In this document: positions 14,956-28,897 of the stretch, one piece after another
How the letters are laid out: each line of letters begins with the position of its first letter
Position numbering within the stretch: the stretch's first letter is position 1
Notes under the pieces: model-generated
The model's database searches: none
What the model saw: only the letters and a program-made list of their open reading frames with translations
Told to the model about the DNA's origin: nothing
Made by a program: the position numbers and the translations under genes
Source of the DNA: Eledone cirrhosa
Lineage: Eukaryota
Length of the DNA: 64,000 bases
Direction of reading: 5' to 3'
NCBI GenBank assembly: GCA_964016885.1
Contig: OZ024763.1
Span: 18,476,001-18,540,000 of the forward strand

Positions 14956-16971
14956 GTCTGTCTGTCTATGTCACTCTCTGTCTCTCTCTCTCTCTCTCTC
15001 TCTGTCTGTCTGTCTGTCTGTCTATGTCTCTCTCTGTCTGTCTGTCTATGTCTCTCTTTCAGTCTGTCTTTCCATCTCTCTGTCTGTCTCTCTGTCTATC
15101 TCTCTCTGTCTGTCTATGGCACTCTCTGTCTGTCTGTCTGTCTCTCTCTCTCTGTCTGTCTCTCTGTATGTCTCTCTTTTCCTTTCATCCTTACAGGGTT
15201 GATAAACTAAAGTACCAGTAATGCACTGGGGTAATTGCTGGCCTTGTACCAAAAGTAGAAACAATTATATTACAGTGAAATTCAATTATAATGGAATTCA
15301 CGGGGTATAAAAAATAAAATTTGTTGTAACGAAACAGTCTTTATAACGAGATCGACCTAACACAGTGTGTGGCTGGGGATTAAAAAAAATTTCCATATAC
15401 TGAAAAATTTGTTGTAACGGAATTTTACCTGTACATTGTACCCTTGCCATTCACGGTCTGGTTATTCACGGAATTTTCCATAGAAGCTAACTAATAATTG
15501 CTTTTGGAAACCACCGCATATTCGTGGGATCATAAATATTTTCCGCGATTTTTTTTAATGGCTTTTCTTGTGGCAATAAATATATTTTTTAATGCTAAAT
15601 TATTAATAACAAGGCACATGTCTTAGTGGTTAGAGCATTGGGCTTGCAATCGAAAGGTTGTGAGTTCAATTCTCAGACCAGGTGATGTGTTGTTTCCTTG
15701 AGCAAGGCACTTTATTTCACATTGCTCCAGTTTACTCAGCTGTAGAAATGAGATGATAGGGACTGGGGTCCCTATCATTCCACTGCAAAGTGGTCGTGGA
15801 GGTGCCACGGCAAAAGAGCACCCAGCACTCACTGTAAATGAGGTTGGTGTTAGGAAGGGCATCCAGCTGTAGAAATCAAGCCAGAATCAGTTCCCCGTCC
15901 CACCCTTGCAAGCAGGGAAAAGCGGACGTAAAATGATGATGATGATGATGAGACCGTATTTGCTGGCCTATTGGACGCCCTTCCACCATGACTGATACAC
16001 TGTTCACTTTCCTGACATTGTAACATTATTCTATCTACTAAAGTACCAGTAATGCACTGGGGTAATTGCTGGCCTCGTACCAAAAGTAGATGGATTGGCA
16101 GTATCAGTAGAGTCGGACATCATGCTTTGCAGCAAAGAGTTACGGCTCTTTATGATCTGAGTTCAAATCCCGCCGAGGTTAACTTTGCCTTTCATTCTTA
16201 CGGGGTCAATAAAATAAAGTACCAGTAAAACCCTGGGATAATTGCTGGCCTTGTGCCAAAAGTAGAAACAATTATTCTATGTACTATACATGCACCTTTG
16301 ATGAGTTGTAGTGAGTGCACCTGAGCACTGTACACAATAATTTCATTATTATTTTTATATTATTATAAGACGCTCCCTCTTTTTTTTAAAATTATATTTT
16401 ATGTAATATTTTGATATTTATAGACATTTTGCCCAATTTCACTCTACGGGGGACAACTGTATTTACAATTTGTGTGTAGATGGGTCTCTGCAAATAGGGA
16501 TTGGGGGTCTTGAGGCGGGGCAGTGGCCCAAACGGTTTCATGATCTTTATTTATTGATTTGTTATGTGTTTGTGTTTGTTCCAGTGACTCGTCCAAAGCC
16601 TCTGTCCACCATAGTGACCAAGGCAACTGGGTCCAGAGTAATGTCTCAGTCAACATTGATATTGGCAATAATGGAAAAGATGCATGAAGTTGAACGGTTG
16701 AATGACTCTGCTGGCGACAGGTAAACAAACCTATACCACTTCCTTCACATCTATCTATCTATCTATACCCCTCTCTGTCTCTCTCATTTCCTCTCTCCAT
16801 TCTTCTCCTCCCTCTTCAATCTCCGTTCTTTCTGTATCTCTCTATCTTCACATCTATCTATTTATCTCCACCCATTTCAGTCTCTCTCTCTCTCTCTCTC
16901 TCTCTCATCTCCCCTCTCCCCTCTCTCATCTCTCTTCTCTCCATCTCCATCTCTATCTATCTCTAACTCCT

Positions 16972-17005
<34 letters not shown>

Positions 17006-20000
17006 TCTCTCCTGTCCCCTTTTCTCTCTCTCCCATCTCTCTCTTTCTCCATCTCTATATCTATCTATCTATCTATCTCTGCCATTTTCAATCCCTGTCT
17101 CTACTCTTTCCCATCTCTCCTCTCCTCTCTTCTCTCTCTATCTCCATCTTCACATCTAGCCGCATCTCTCTTGTTCCGCCCCTCTCTCTCTCTCACCTGC
17201 TATATATGATTCCTCTTATACCTATCTTCTCTCTCACCTGCCACATCCTCACCTAGCTTCTCTCTCACCTGCCACTTCCTCACCTAGCTTCTCTCTCACC
17301 TGCCACATCCTCACCTATCTCGTCTCTCACCTGCCACATCCTCACCTACCTTCTCTCTCACCTGCCACTTCGTCACCTACCTTCTCTCTCACCTGCCACA
17401 TCCTCACCTATCTCGTCTCTCACCTGCCACATCCTCACCTAGCTTCTCTCTCACCTACTACATCCGTGCTTTGTTGTTCCATCAGATTAATATCTCACAT
17501 CATCCATCGAAATCTTCTCTCAATCTTTCTGAATAGATCGTTCCATGAATTAAACCACGACTCAGCAGGTGCTTTTATTTCGGCTCCATTCACTCCCAAA
17601 AAGACTTCATTACCGTACGTATTGGCACATTTTCTACAACTTAATATTTCTATTTATTTATTATTTCTTTTGTTTTTAGATTCACATACAAGTGGTCAAA
17701 AAGGATTTCCTCCAAAGAGTCTTTGGAGTAACGTTGCTTGATAAAGTGTGTAGCTCTGAGATCAGAGAGTAGTTCCAGGTAGAGCTACTACTTCTCCGAA
17801 TGGAGAGATCACAGCTCCGGACATGTGGAGCCGAAATGGGGTTGCTCCAAAGGGGTTTTTGGGTAATGTTACTTGATAGAATGTGTAGCTCTGAGATCAA
17901 AGAGTCACTCCAAGTAGAGCTGCTACTTCTCCGAATTGAGAGATCATATCTCCAATACTATGGACGTATGGTTAGAATGTCTCAGGAAAGAATCGCTGGA
18001 CAGATTTTACAGGCAAAACCAACTGGCAGGAGATCCAGGGGTAGATTTCGAGCAAGTTGGTTGGTTCACATCCATGAACTCAGCCGGTCTCATGCTTGGG
18101 TATCCAGCCAGATCAATTGGAGATGGTTTCTTCTGGCAGGACCAACTGGAAGGAATATTTGAGGACTCTCCCCCCATGACCCTCTCAGGGATAAGTGGGC
18201 GAAGAAGATTCATATTTTATTTATGTCGTCACCATCATCATCATCATCCAGGCGTGGATCACTATGACTCCTGCACGGATCACTATGACTCCTTCTTGCC
18301 AGTCTGGTCTGCGATTGCTCGAGGAAGGTCTTCTCAGAATGTCCTCGGAATCCTCACTCCGTTGTTTTTGTATGTTTGGTGTGGTCTACCAACATTTGTC
18401 TACCAATGCTTCGGATCCCAAAGAAGAATGTCACTGATGATTTCATTCTTTGCTCTCTCTCTCTCTCCAACAATGTCCAGCAAATCTTGTTTCTTCTTAT
18501 GATGTAAATATATGAACATTTATAGAAGTGATGTGATATAGCGTCCGTCATATCATAACCGGAAGTATTGACATTTGACAATTTTAAAAGAAGTGAATCT
18601 TAAAATAAGCAATCATTATATATAAGAATATTTGCGTTAAATCAACAACTATGAAATTTAGTAGATAAATTATGTAATATCCATTCATTATTTATTCATC
18701 AGACGCCATGCTTTCTAGCATAGTTATGTCCCTTTATGATCTGAGTTCAAATCCCGCCGAGGTTAACTTTGCCTTTCATCCTAACGGGGTTGATAAAATA
18801 AAGTACTAGTAATGTACTGGGTAATTGCTGGCCTTGTGCCAAAAAGTAGAAACAATTATTTATTCAAAGTAATCTAACTTATTTTACTAACGGGATAAAA
18901 AAATATATTCAGGACATAGTCTGGCACTCCTCCCTTTATTATATTATGGAAGGGCAGGGATTGGCAGTATGGTCTGAGTTTGAATCCTGCCAAGGTTACC
19001 TTTGCTGTTCATCCTTACGGGGTCGATAAAATAAAGTACCAGTAATGTACTGGGATAATTGCTGGCCTTGTGCCAAAAGTAGAAATTATTATTATTATAT
19101 TATTATTATATTAGTTTATAAGGGCGGTGGATTGGCAGTATTGGTAGAGGGTCTGACGCCATGTTTTGACGCATAGAGTTACGGCCCTTGCCATTCTGAG
19201 TTCAAATTCCGCCGAGGTTAACTTTGCCTTTCATCCTCACGGGGGTCGATAAAATAAAGTACCAGTAGTGTACTGCGTAATTGCTGGCCTTGTGCCAAAA
19301 GTAGAAGCAATTATTATATTAGTTTATTTTCATCATCATCTGGGTGTGTTTATTGCACGGATTAACCATGAGTCATTCTCTCCAGTCTGTTCAGTGTGCC
19401 ATTACAATGTCCAGTGTGCCATTACAATGTTCAGTGTGCCATTACAATGTCCAGTGAATCTTGTTCTTCTTTCTCAGATGACTTGTAATATTTGGTAGTC
19501 AATTATCATGGAGAAATTCTTTTGTTTACATGTAAAGATGTTAAGATGTTGATGATGATGATGGTGGTAATATCAGTGATTTCTTTTTCAGAAATGTTTC
19601 GAGATTCACTTCAGAGAAAAGCTTGATAAAAGACACCATTGCTCCGTCACATTCAAAGTCGAATCGTAAAAATATTTTACTGTCTCACAAATATACTTCC
19701 GCTCAAGATGAATGTTTTGGTTACATCGAACAACCTGCAAAACGGTAAGGTTTTGGGTCTCCAGGGCCTGGTCCTCAACTTGTGTTTTATTTATACTGTT
19801 GTTGTTGGGGTTGTTGTTGTTGTGTTTGTGGTGCTGGTGGTGATTGTAGTGTTGTGTAGGTGACGTGATAGCAAGCCCAATGCTCTAACCACTCAGCCAT
19901 GTGCCCTCACATATGTGTATATATATCATCATCATCATCATCATTTAACGTCCACTTTCCACGCTAGCATGGGTTAGACGGGAGTTGTCCCACTTGAGGC

Positions 20001-23000
20001 AAGGTTGGTCGGGTGACCGTGTCTCGCTCATATAGGACTATCTGGCAGGTTTTCTACAGCTGGATGCCCTTCCTAACACCAACCACATTTACAGTGTGGA
20101 ACTGTTGTATGTATGTATATATATATAAATAAATAAATTATACAATTATCAAAGTTGTGTTCAAATCATTTGAACACAACTTTGATAATTGTATAATTTA
20201 TTTATTTTCCTGCTCTGTAAAACAACTGATGTTCATACATTGAGCTATTTCCCTTACTGGTAATAAGGTAGTAAGAAATTACTGACCTTCCTGTTTATAG
20301 TTGTTTATACTATATACATAACTATAAATAGTATTATTATTATATATGTATATGTGTGTGTGTAAGAGATGGTGAACAGACCTGCTTTCCGTTTAAAGAA
20401 ATTGTTTTCGTGTCTGAAACGTTAAGACTTTACTATATTAAACGTAAAACTATATATTTCCATTGTACTTTGACTGTTGGGTTTTTCCATTTACTTTTCA
20501 TACACACACACACATATATTTATATGTATATATATATAATGTCTATATTGTCTATTACAGAAAATTGAAATATGTAAGTGCTGAAGCCCTGTCTGTCCTT
20601 CAAACACCAGTTATCCAGAGGAAGAACACCCCCCGCTCCAAAATGGTCAGTCCTCGACCCACACCACAGTCCATACTGAAAGTGAGAAAGATGTCCAGCA
20701 AGTCCCCCAACTTCAATATATCCGTAGCATCGATGGACAAAGGTAGGTTTCGTAAACTCTCACATTATCATATTTCTAATCAAAGACATTGTCATATACC
20801 AACTTTAACCCTTTAGCATTTAAACTGGTTATATCCAGCCAGAATTGTCTCACCTCCTTCTGTTCAAACCAGTTGTAACTGACCACTGAAACTGACGTTA
20901 TCAAAATAAATATCAAAATCTTGTAAATTTGATATTATGTGAGTTAAAGCCTTTTCTGTGAAAATACAATATTAAATATAGAGTAATGTAAATGCTAAAG
21001 GGTTAAAATAAATAGTTTTCTATCATAGAACTAAGGGTGGTTCCAGGTGATTTAGAATCAAAAGTTCCTGTATAAATTTATGAGGGAAAGTTTTTAGATA
21101 AATTTAAACACAATAACATTTTTATTTTCATATTTCTAATGAAATACATTGTTATATACTAACTTTAAAATAGTTTTTCTATGATAGAACTAGGAGTGGT
21201 TTTAGTGTTTTAATATCAAAAGTTCCTGTATAAATTTATGAGGGAAAGTTTTTAGATAAATTTAAACACAATAACATTTTTATTTTCATATTTCTAATGA
21301 AATACATTGTTATATACTAACTTTAAAATAGTTTTTCTATGATAGAACTAGGAGTGGTTTTAGTGTTTAAATATCAAAAGTTCCTGTATAAATTTATGAG
21401 GGAAAGTTTTTAGATAACTAAACACTTAACATTTGCTTTCATATTTCTAATGAAAGGCACCACCTCTGGTTTTCAAATAAAGAATTAGGAAGGATTTAGG
21501 AACATAACATAACATAACTTTCTCATTATTAGATTGATTTTTGGAACATAACTAAAGAAAGGTTTTTGTATAAAATTATGATGTACAGTATTTATATAAA
21601 TATAAACACTTTAATTCTTTTGTTAACATATTTCTATTGAAAGACACTAACTGTGATGTTTAGATAATCAAGAATTTGGAGGGATTTAGTAATATAACTT
21701 TTTCATCATTAAGTTGATGTTTGGAACATGACTTAACCATTTAGCATTTAAACCGGACATATCCAGCCAGAATTCTTTCACCTCTTTCTATTCAAACCAG
21801 CTGTAACTAGCCACTAATACTTATGTTATGGTATTGTTCTCGAAATAAATATCAAAATCTCATAGATTCGATATTATGTGAGATAAAGCCTTTACCATGA
21901 AAATATAATAGTATGTATAGAGTAATGTAAATGCTAATGGGTTAATGAAGGTTTTGGTATAAAATTACAATGTAATGTGTTTATGTAAATATAAACACTC
22001 TTTTGTTAATATATTTCTAATGAAAGACACTTGATTATTTTTGAAGTTATTTGAAAATCATAGGCAGAATTTTGAGGGACTTAATAATATAACTTGTTTT
22101 TTAGTCAATGTTTGGAACATAACTTAACTAAGATTCTTACCTCTTGCTTTCTTTTCTAGATGCCTCTGGTCACAGAAATTCTGTCCATTCCCCTCGATTC
22201 ACTACTAATGAGTCCCCCATGTCAACACCAACAGCCAAATCAGTTAAAAGGACCAGCAAGTCCCTGCGGTTTGCTGAACCAGCTTCTAGGAGTTTGTCTC
22301 CAAATTCACCCAACAACTCCTTAACTCCAGTGTCAGTTCCATTCAGGCAGGCCTCTCCAGCAATGCGAATGTCCGCAGACGAGTGAGTTTATTTTCCATT
22401 CTTTTTATTTTGTCATTATTCCGGTCAGTACTGTAAAATGATTGTGCTCGGTGCCATGACAAAAAGCACCCAGTCCACCCTGTAAGGTGGTAGTGCTGGT
22501 GCCATGACAAAAAGCACCTAGTCCACGCTGTAAGGTGATAGTGTTGGTGCCATGACAAAAAGCATCTAGTCCCACCCTTGTTTTTCCCTTGTGTTAAATA
22601 AGGAATGAGAAGTGGTGGGAAAGAGAGAAGACTGCGTTGATATGGACATGTGATGTACATGGATGATGATCACTGGGTGAAGAAGTGCCAGGAAATCTCA
22701 GTGGGGGCAAGCCATAATAGCGATAGACCAAGGAAGACCTGGGCAGAGGTGGTGAGAGCTTATCTCAAATTTCTGAGACTCACATAGAGGAGATGGCAAA
22801 AAGAATGTGGCTTGTGGAGAGATGCTGTCTTGAAAAGGGCTCGTCCAACCCATGCAAGCATTGAAAAAAATGGATGTAAAAAACAATGATGATGATCATC
22901 ATTATTATCGTTTTTATGTTATTCCACTACATCTCTTGTGTACCCAAGATTTATATTGTGTACACCATATGGAACAGTGGTCACCAACCTTTTTTATACC

Positions 23001-24314
23001 ATGGACCAGCTTCATGTCGGTCAATCTTTCCACGGACCTGTAGTTGCACATATGTATTATTTAAGTGCATTTCAATAAAGAGAGCAATAATAAAAAGGGC
23101 AGTTTATTAACCCTTTAATGTTCAAAACCGGCCAGAATTCTCTACCTTTTTCTGTTGAAACTGGCTGTAACTGGTCACTCAAACTGATGTTACGGTATTG
23201 TTCTCAAAATAAATACTTTCAAAATCTCATAGATTCGATATTATGTGAGATAATTATGTGAGGTAAAGCCTTTACTGTGAAAATACAATAGTATATATAG
23301 AGTAATGTAAATGTTATGTGATGTAATTATGCGAGGTAAAGCCTTTACCATGAAAATATAATAGTATATATAGAGTAATCTGAATGTTATGTGAGATAAT
23401 TATGTGAGGTAAAGCCTTTACCATGAAAATATAATAGTATATATAGAGTAATGTGAATGTTATGTGAGATAATTATGCGAGGTAAAGCCTTTACCATGAA
23501 AATATAATAGTATATATAGAGTAATCTGAATGTTATGCGAGATAATTATGCGAGGTAAAGCCTTTACCATGAAAATATAATAATATATATAGAGTAATGT
23601 AAATGTTATGTGATGTAATTATGTGAGGTAAAGCCTTTACCATGAAAATATAATAATATATATAGAGTAATGTGAATTCTAAAGGGTTAAAGTAGATGAA
23701 TATTGAATATTTAAACAAATCTTTTAAAATTAAAGTCCAATATTCAATTTATCTATTTTATAATTTTAAACAAGTTAATTATTCTTTGACGACCAGTAGG
23801 AAATGATCCGCGGCCTTGTGGTTGGGGACCTCTGATATAGAGTTTATGCCTACTCCTTTTTTTTATATATGGAGTAGGGCCACTTCCCAGAAGGGATAAG
23901 GGTTCCTATCTTCTTTCCTACCCATAAGCACTTTAGTTTTGGCTAAGTTTACTCTAAGATCTTTTGATTCTGAATTCCGTTTTCATAGTTGTAACTTATT
24001 TTCTAATTCTTTTATGGACTTGACTATAAGGACCAAATCATCATCTGCTTAGAGGAGTTCCCATAGATGATGATGATGATGATGATGATGATGACAATGA
24101 TAGTTTCTACTTTTGGCACAAGGCCAGCAATTATCCCAGTGTATTACTGGTACTTTATTCTATCGACCCCACCCCACCCCCTGTAAGGTTGAAAGGCAAA
24201 GTTAACTTCGACGGGATTTGGGGATTTGAACTCGGACCGTAAAAGGGCCGTAACTCTATATGCTGCAAAGCATGGCGTCTGTTGTCCTATACTCTACCGA
24301 TACTGCCAATCCGC

Positions 24315-24346
<32 letters not shown>

Positions 24347-24872
24347 TTTTTTTTTTTTTTTTCCTTTCTCTCGTTTCAGCCGACGTCAGATGATGGGCAA
24401 CATACTGTCACTGTTGGCTAACTGCAGCGACTTGAACGGGGAGCGACGTGAGGTGACTGAGATGGACACCGATGCTGTGGAGGATGGTTCTTTCATTGAA
24501 GAGGAGGAGGAGGAGGAGGAGGAAGTGGAAGAAGAGGAGGAGGAGGATTACGGAGACGGGCATGCGAATAAAATGCACGTCGACGACGGCAACGGCAGCG
24601 ATGAGGAAGACGACGACGACAGCGAGGAACGACGGCTCGCCGAGCAGGTGGTGGTGGCGGAGGTGGAACGGGTTCTGGCCGAGGTGCGGAAGGTGAAGCA
24701 GAGGGGCATAGAGGAAAGGGGGGGCCGGGAAGAGGAAGAGGAGGAAGACGACGACGAGGACGAGGACGAGGAGTACATGAATGAAGATATGCATGTTGAT
24801 AGTTACCATTACGACGAGGAAGAGGAGGAAGAGAAAGAACAGCAGCGCCGGCGCCGGCGGCAGCAACAACAG

Positions 24873-24924
<52 letters not shown>

Positions 24925-26968
24925 AGCGGCAGCAGCAGCAGCAGCAATCACTCTCTGGCTATCGGCAGGGATTTGGTGAAGAGTTCACCAGCAGGTACCA
25001 AGCTGTTCGTGACCAGTTGCGGTCGTCTGTGGTGGGTCAAACGGGCCCAGCGGCGTCGACAGGACCACATGAAGACGGCGGTGACGAGCGGCGGCTGCCT
25101 TGTGCACCAGACCCCGGCGAGGCGCAGTACGAGGAGCATGACAGCAGCGAGATGCACACGCGCACCTCTAGAGTTGATAGTGACATCGTTTTTACGTTTC
25201 GTGATTCTATTTGTGGTAAGTGTTGTTTATTTTTGTTGTTTTTTTTTTTATTGCCCCCCCCCCCCCCCCCCCCCCCCCCCTCCCCTTCCCCTCATCTTTT
25301 TAGGTTAAAAATAGATAAGTTAAGGGGCCCTTAGCCCCAACTTATTTTACAAACGGGATAAAAAATTATAAGCTGTATGCAATCCCGCATTCCTTACTTT
25401 ATTATAGTTTAGATTTTGATGTTTATAGGCATTTTTATAGACCACGTCCAATATTTGTGGTTTTTCACTCTTCACGGGTCCTCTGGGAACATAACCCCCA
25501 CGAATACTGGGGGACAACTGTATAAATATGAAATTTTAAAGTTGGGTCAGTTTTTGTATCATAAATCTAGGGCAGGCATGGGTATCCTTTTTCGAGAAGC
25601 GGGCCGCATGAGATATGGATCATCATCAGGTGGGCCGCATGCGCTAATTTACAGTTGTACCCACATTAAAAAAAGGGGCAGTAACTCAGGTTGTTTTGAT
25701 TTGTTTCTTCAGAATTCGTACACGTTTTTTCTCGATCGTAAAAACGATAGAAAGATAAATTACGACTGAAAAGTTGGGGTGGGTAAAAAAATCAGAAAGA
25801 TTTCACTTAGGTGACTTAGGCGAGCCATTTAGAAAGCTTCATGGGCCGCAGGTTGCTCATGACTGATCTAGGGTTTCTGGGGGCTAGTTAGTATTAGAAG
25901 GGTCAAACAATGTGTGGATAAATGTAAAAACATGATGTCTGGCTTCTTTTTCAGAGAGTCCCCGTGATTCTGTCACCACAACAACTAAGAGAGTTCACAT
26001 TGAGGTAGACACTGATGGCGATGATGATGATGATGATGGTGATGTAGCTATGGAGATGGTGGAGCCCTATGTAGATGATGCGCAGGCAGTGAAGGACGCC
26101 GAACCTCCACAGATGGTGTCTTTACTTTCATCTCATGTTACTACTACTACTACTACTTCTTCTTTGACGATTGTTACACCTTTTACTACTCCCATCACTG
26201 CTACTACTGTTGATGATGATGATGGTGGTGATGGTGGTGATGCTGGCTGTTACCAGGTCGGTGATGATTCGGACAATTACCACCACGAGGACTCCATTGC
26301 CAACATTCTCATGAAACACACTGGGCGTTTGCTGGAGTCTGCGGAGTCTCGCGGTGACAATGTCACCACCACCACCACCACCACCTCTCTGCCACCACCA
26401 CAGATAGTTGACTTGACCGATGACCAGGACGATGATGATGATGATGATGATGGTGGTGGTGTTGATGACCCCTACAGTTACGCCACCTACACAGAAGGAG
26501 GGCTACAACAACAACAACAGCAGCGGGTCAGCCGAGTGGATGATGAGCAGCTCGAGCCGGAGGGCTCCGATGACATTCTGGAGATTTGCCCCCTCTCTGG
26601 GCCACAGGTAAGAACACATTCACTTCAACCCTTCCTCTTTACCTCCCCCTCTTCCACATTCTATCTACCCTTCTTTCTCCCCCTCCTCTGCCTCGACCAC
26701 TTCCTGTTGATTTTTTTTAAAAAACCAGAATTAGTTGTTTAGTTTACATATTGAGACCCCAGCCCATCCTATTTGTTTTATAACATTTGAGATTTCTAGT
26801 AATGTTCGTTTTTTGTCATGTATAATGTTTTTGTCTAAAGAAAATTGTCAGAGGAATGCTACCACTTAAAATATGATTTCGCTGGAGATAGATTAGCAGT
26901 TTGATAAGCAAGGGGGGGTGGGGATCTGAAAAATTAATGGGGGGGGGGGGCTGTTTGAGATCTGGGAA

Positions 26969-27004
<36 letters not shown>

Positions 27005-27590
27005 AAAGCAAGTATAGCAGCAAGAAAATATAAACTTTTTGCCATGTCTTCTACACGACCACTTTACAGCATGGTCTGGGTGCTTTTTTGTCGTGACACC
27101 TACACGACCTCTTTAGTTTGGACTGGATGTTCTGTGGTACCAACATAACTTTACAGAGAAAGGGTGGTGTTGGTGGGAATGGGAGGATGGAGTAGGGGTA
27201 GTGGGTTGGGGTGTATATTTGGTTAAGAGGGGCCTACTGACTGTAGGTTAACATTGTACGTAGGGAAAGCGGGTCTACTGTATTACTGCGTGGCGCCAAA
27301 GATCTTGATCCAGTGACATTGTCTTAGAGAGGTTTAAGTGTGCAAGATTGCATTTTATCATGTTGTCCCAGGTTTTTTTTTATCTACCTACTCCGTAACT
27401 TCCATCAATTTTGATCGCCCTGCACTTTTTTTATACAGCTGTCGTCTTTCATGCGCATCACATGATCATACCAACGTAATCTTCTCTCAAGTAAACAGCA
27501 TCTGATCCCTCTTATTCCTAATTTCTCTCTTAGTTCATTTATGTTTTGCCGTTCTATTACACATCCAAAGGAGCATGCATGCTTCCTTCC

Positions 27591-27629
<39 letters not shown>

Positions 27630-27969
27630 GGAGGCACATGGCTTAGTGGTTAGAGCATTGGCCTTGCAATCGAAAGGTTGTGAGTTCAATTCTCAGACCG
27701 GGTGATGTGTTGTTTCCTTGAGCAAGACACTTTATTTCACATTGCTCCAGTTTACTCAGCTGTAGAAATGAGATGATAGGGACTGGGTTCCCTATCATTC
27801 CACTGAAAAGTGGACGTGGAGGTGCCACGGCAAAAAAGCACCCAGCACTCACTGTAAATGAGGTTGGTGTTAGGAAGGGCATCCAGCTGTAGAAATCAAG
27901 CCAGAATCAGTTCCCGTCCCACCCTTGCAAGCAGGGAAAAGCGGACCTAAAAATGAAATGATGAAATGA

Positions 27970-28019
<50 letters not shown>

Positions 28020-28634
28020 TCATCATCATTTAACATCCATATATATATATATATATATCATCATTTAACGTGTATCTTCCACGCTAGCATGGGTTAGACG
28101 AGAGTTGTCCCACTTGAGGCAAGGTTGGTCGGGTGATCGTGTCTCGCTCGTATAGGACTGTCTGGCAGGTTTTCTACGGCTGGATGCCCTTCCTAACACC
28201 AACCACATTTACAGTGTGGGGCTGGGAACTTTTTACCGTGTTACCTACACGGCCACATTAAAGCGTGGACTGTGTTTTTTTGTCGTGACACACACATATA
28301 TATATGGAGGCACATGTCTTAGTGGTTAGAGCATTGGGCTTGCAATCGAAAGGTTGTGAATTCAATTCTCAGACTGGGTGATGTGTTGTTTCCTTGAACA
28401 AGACACTTTATTTCACATTGCTCCAGTTTACTCAGCTGTAGAAATGAGATGATAGGGACTGGGGTCCCTATCATTCCGCTGCAAAGTGGTCGTGGAGGTG
28501 CCACGGCAAAAAAGCACCCAGCACTCACTGTAATGAGGTTGGTGTTAGGAAGGGCATCCAGCTGTAGAAATCAAGCCAGAATCAGTTCCCGTCCCACCCT
28601 TGCAAACAGGGAAAAAGCGGACGTAAAATGATGA

Positions 28635-28673
<39 letters not shown>

Positions 28674-28849
28674 AAAAAGTATGACCCCGACGGCAGAGCT
28701 CAAGCCGTTTCGACGGCTATTTCTGAGTCCAGAAATAGCCGTCGAAACAGCTTTGGGTCATACTTTTTCCTATTTCCCACTCTACTACCCTAAGTATTGA
28801 GTACTCTGGTGCGTTATGGTCCATCTGGTTCCTTACCACAATTCCTTTG

Positions 28850-28897
<48 letters not shown>

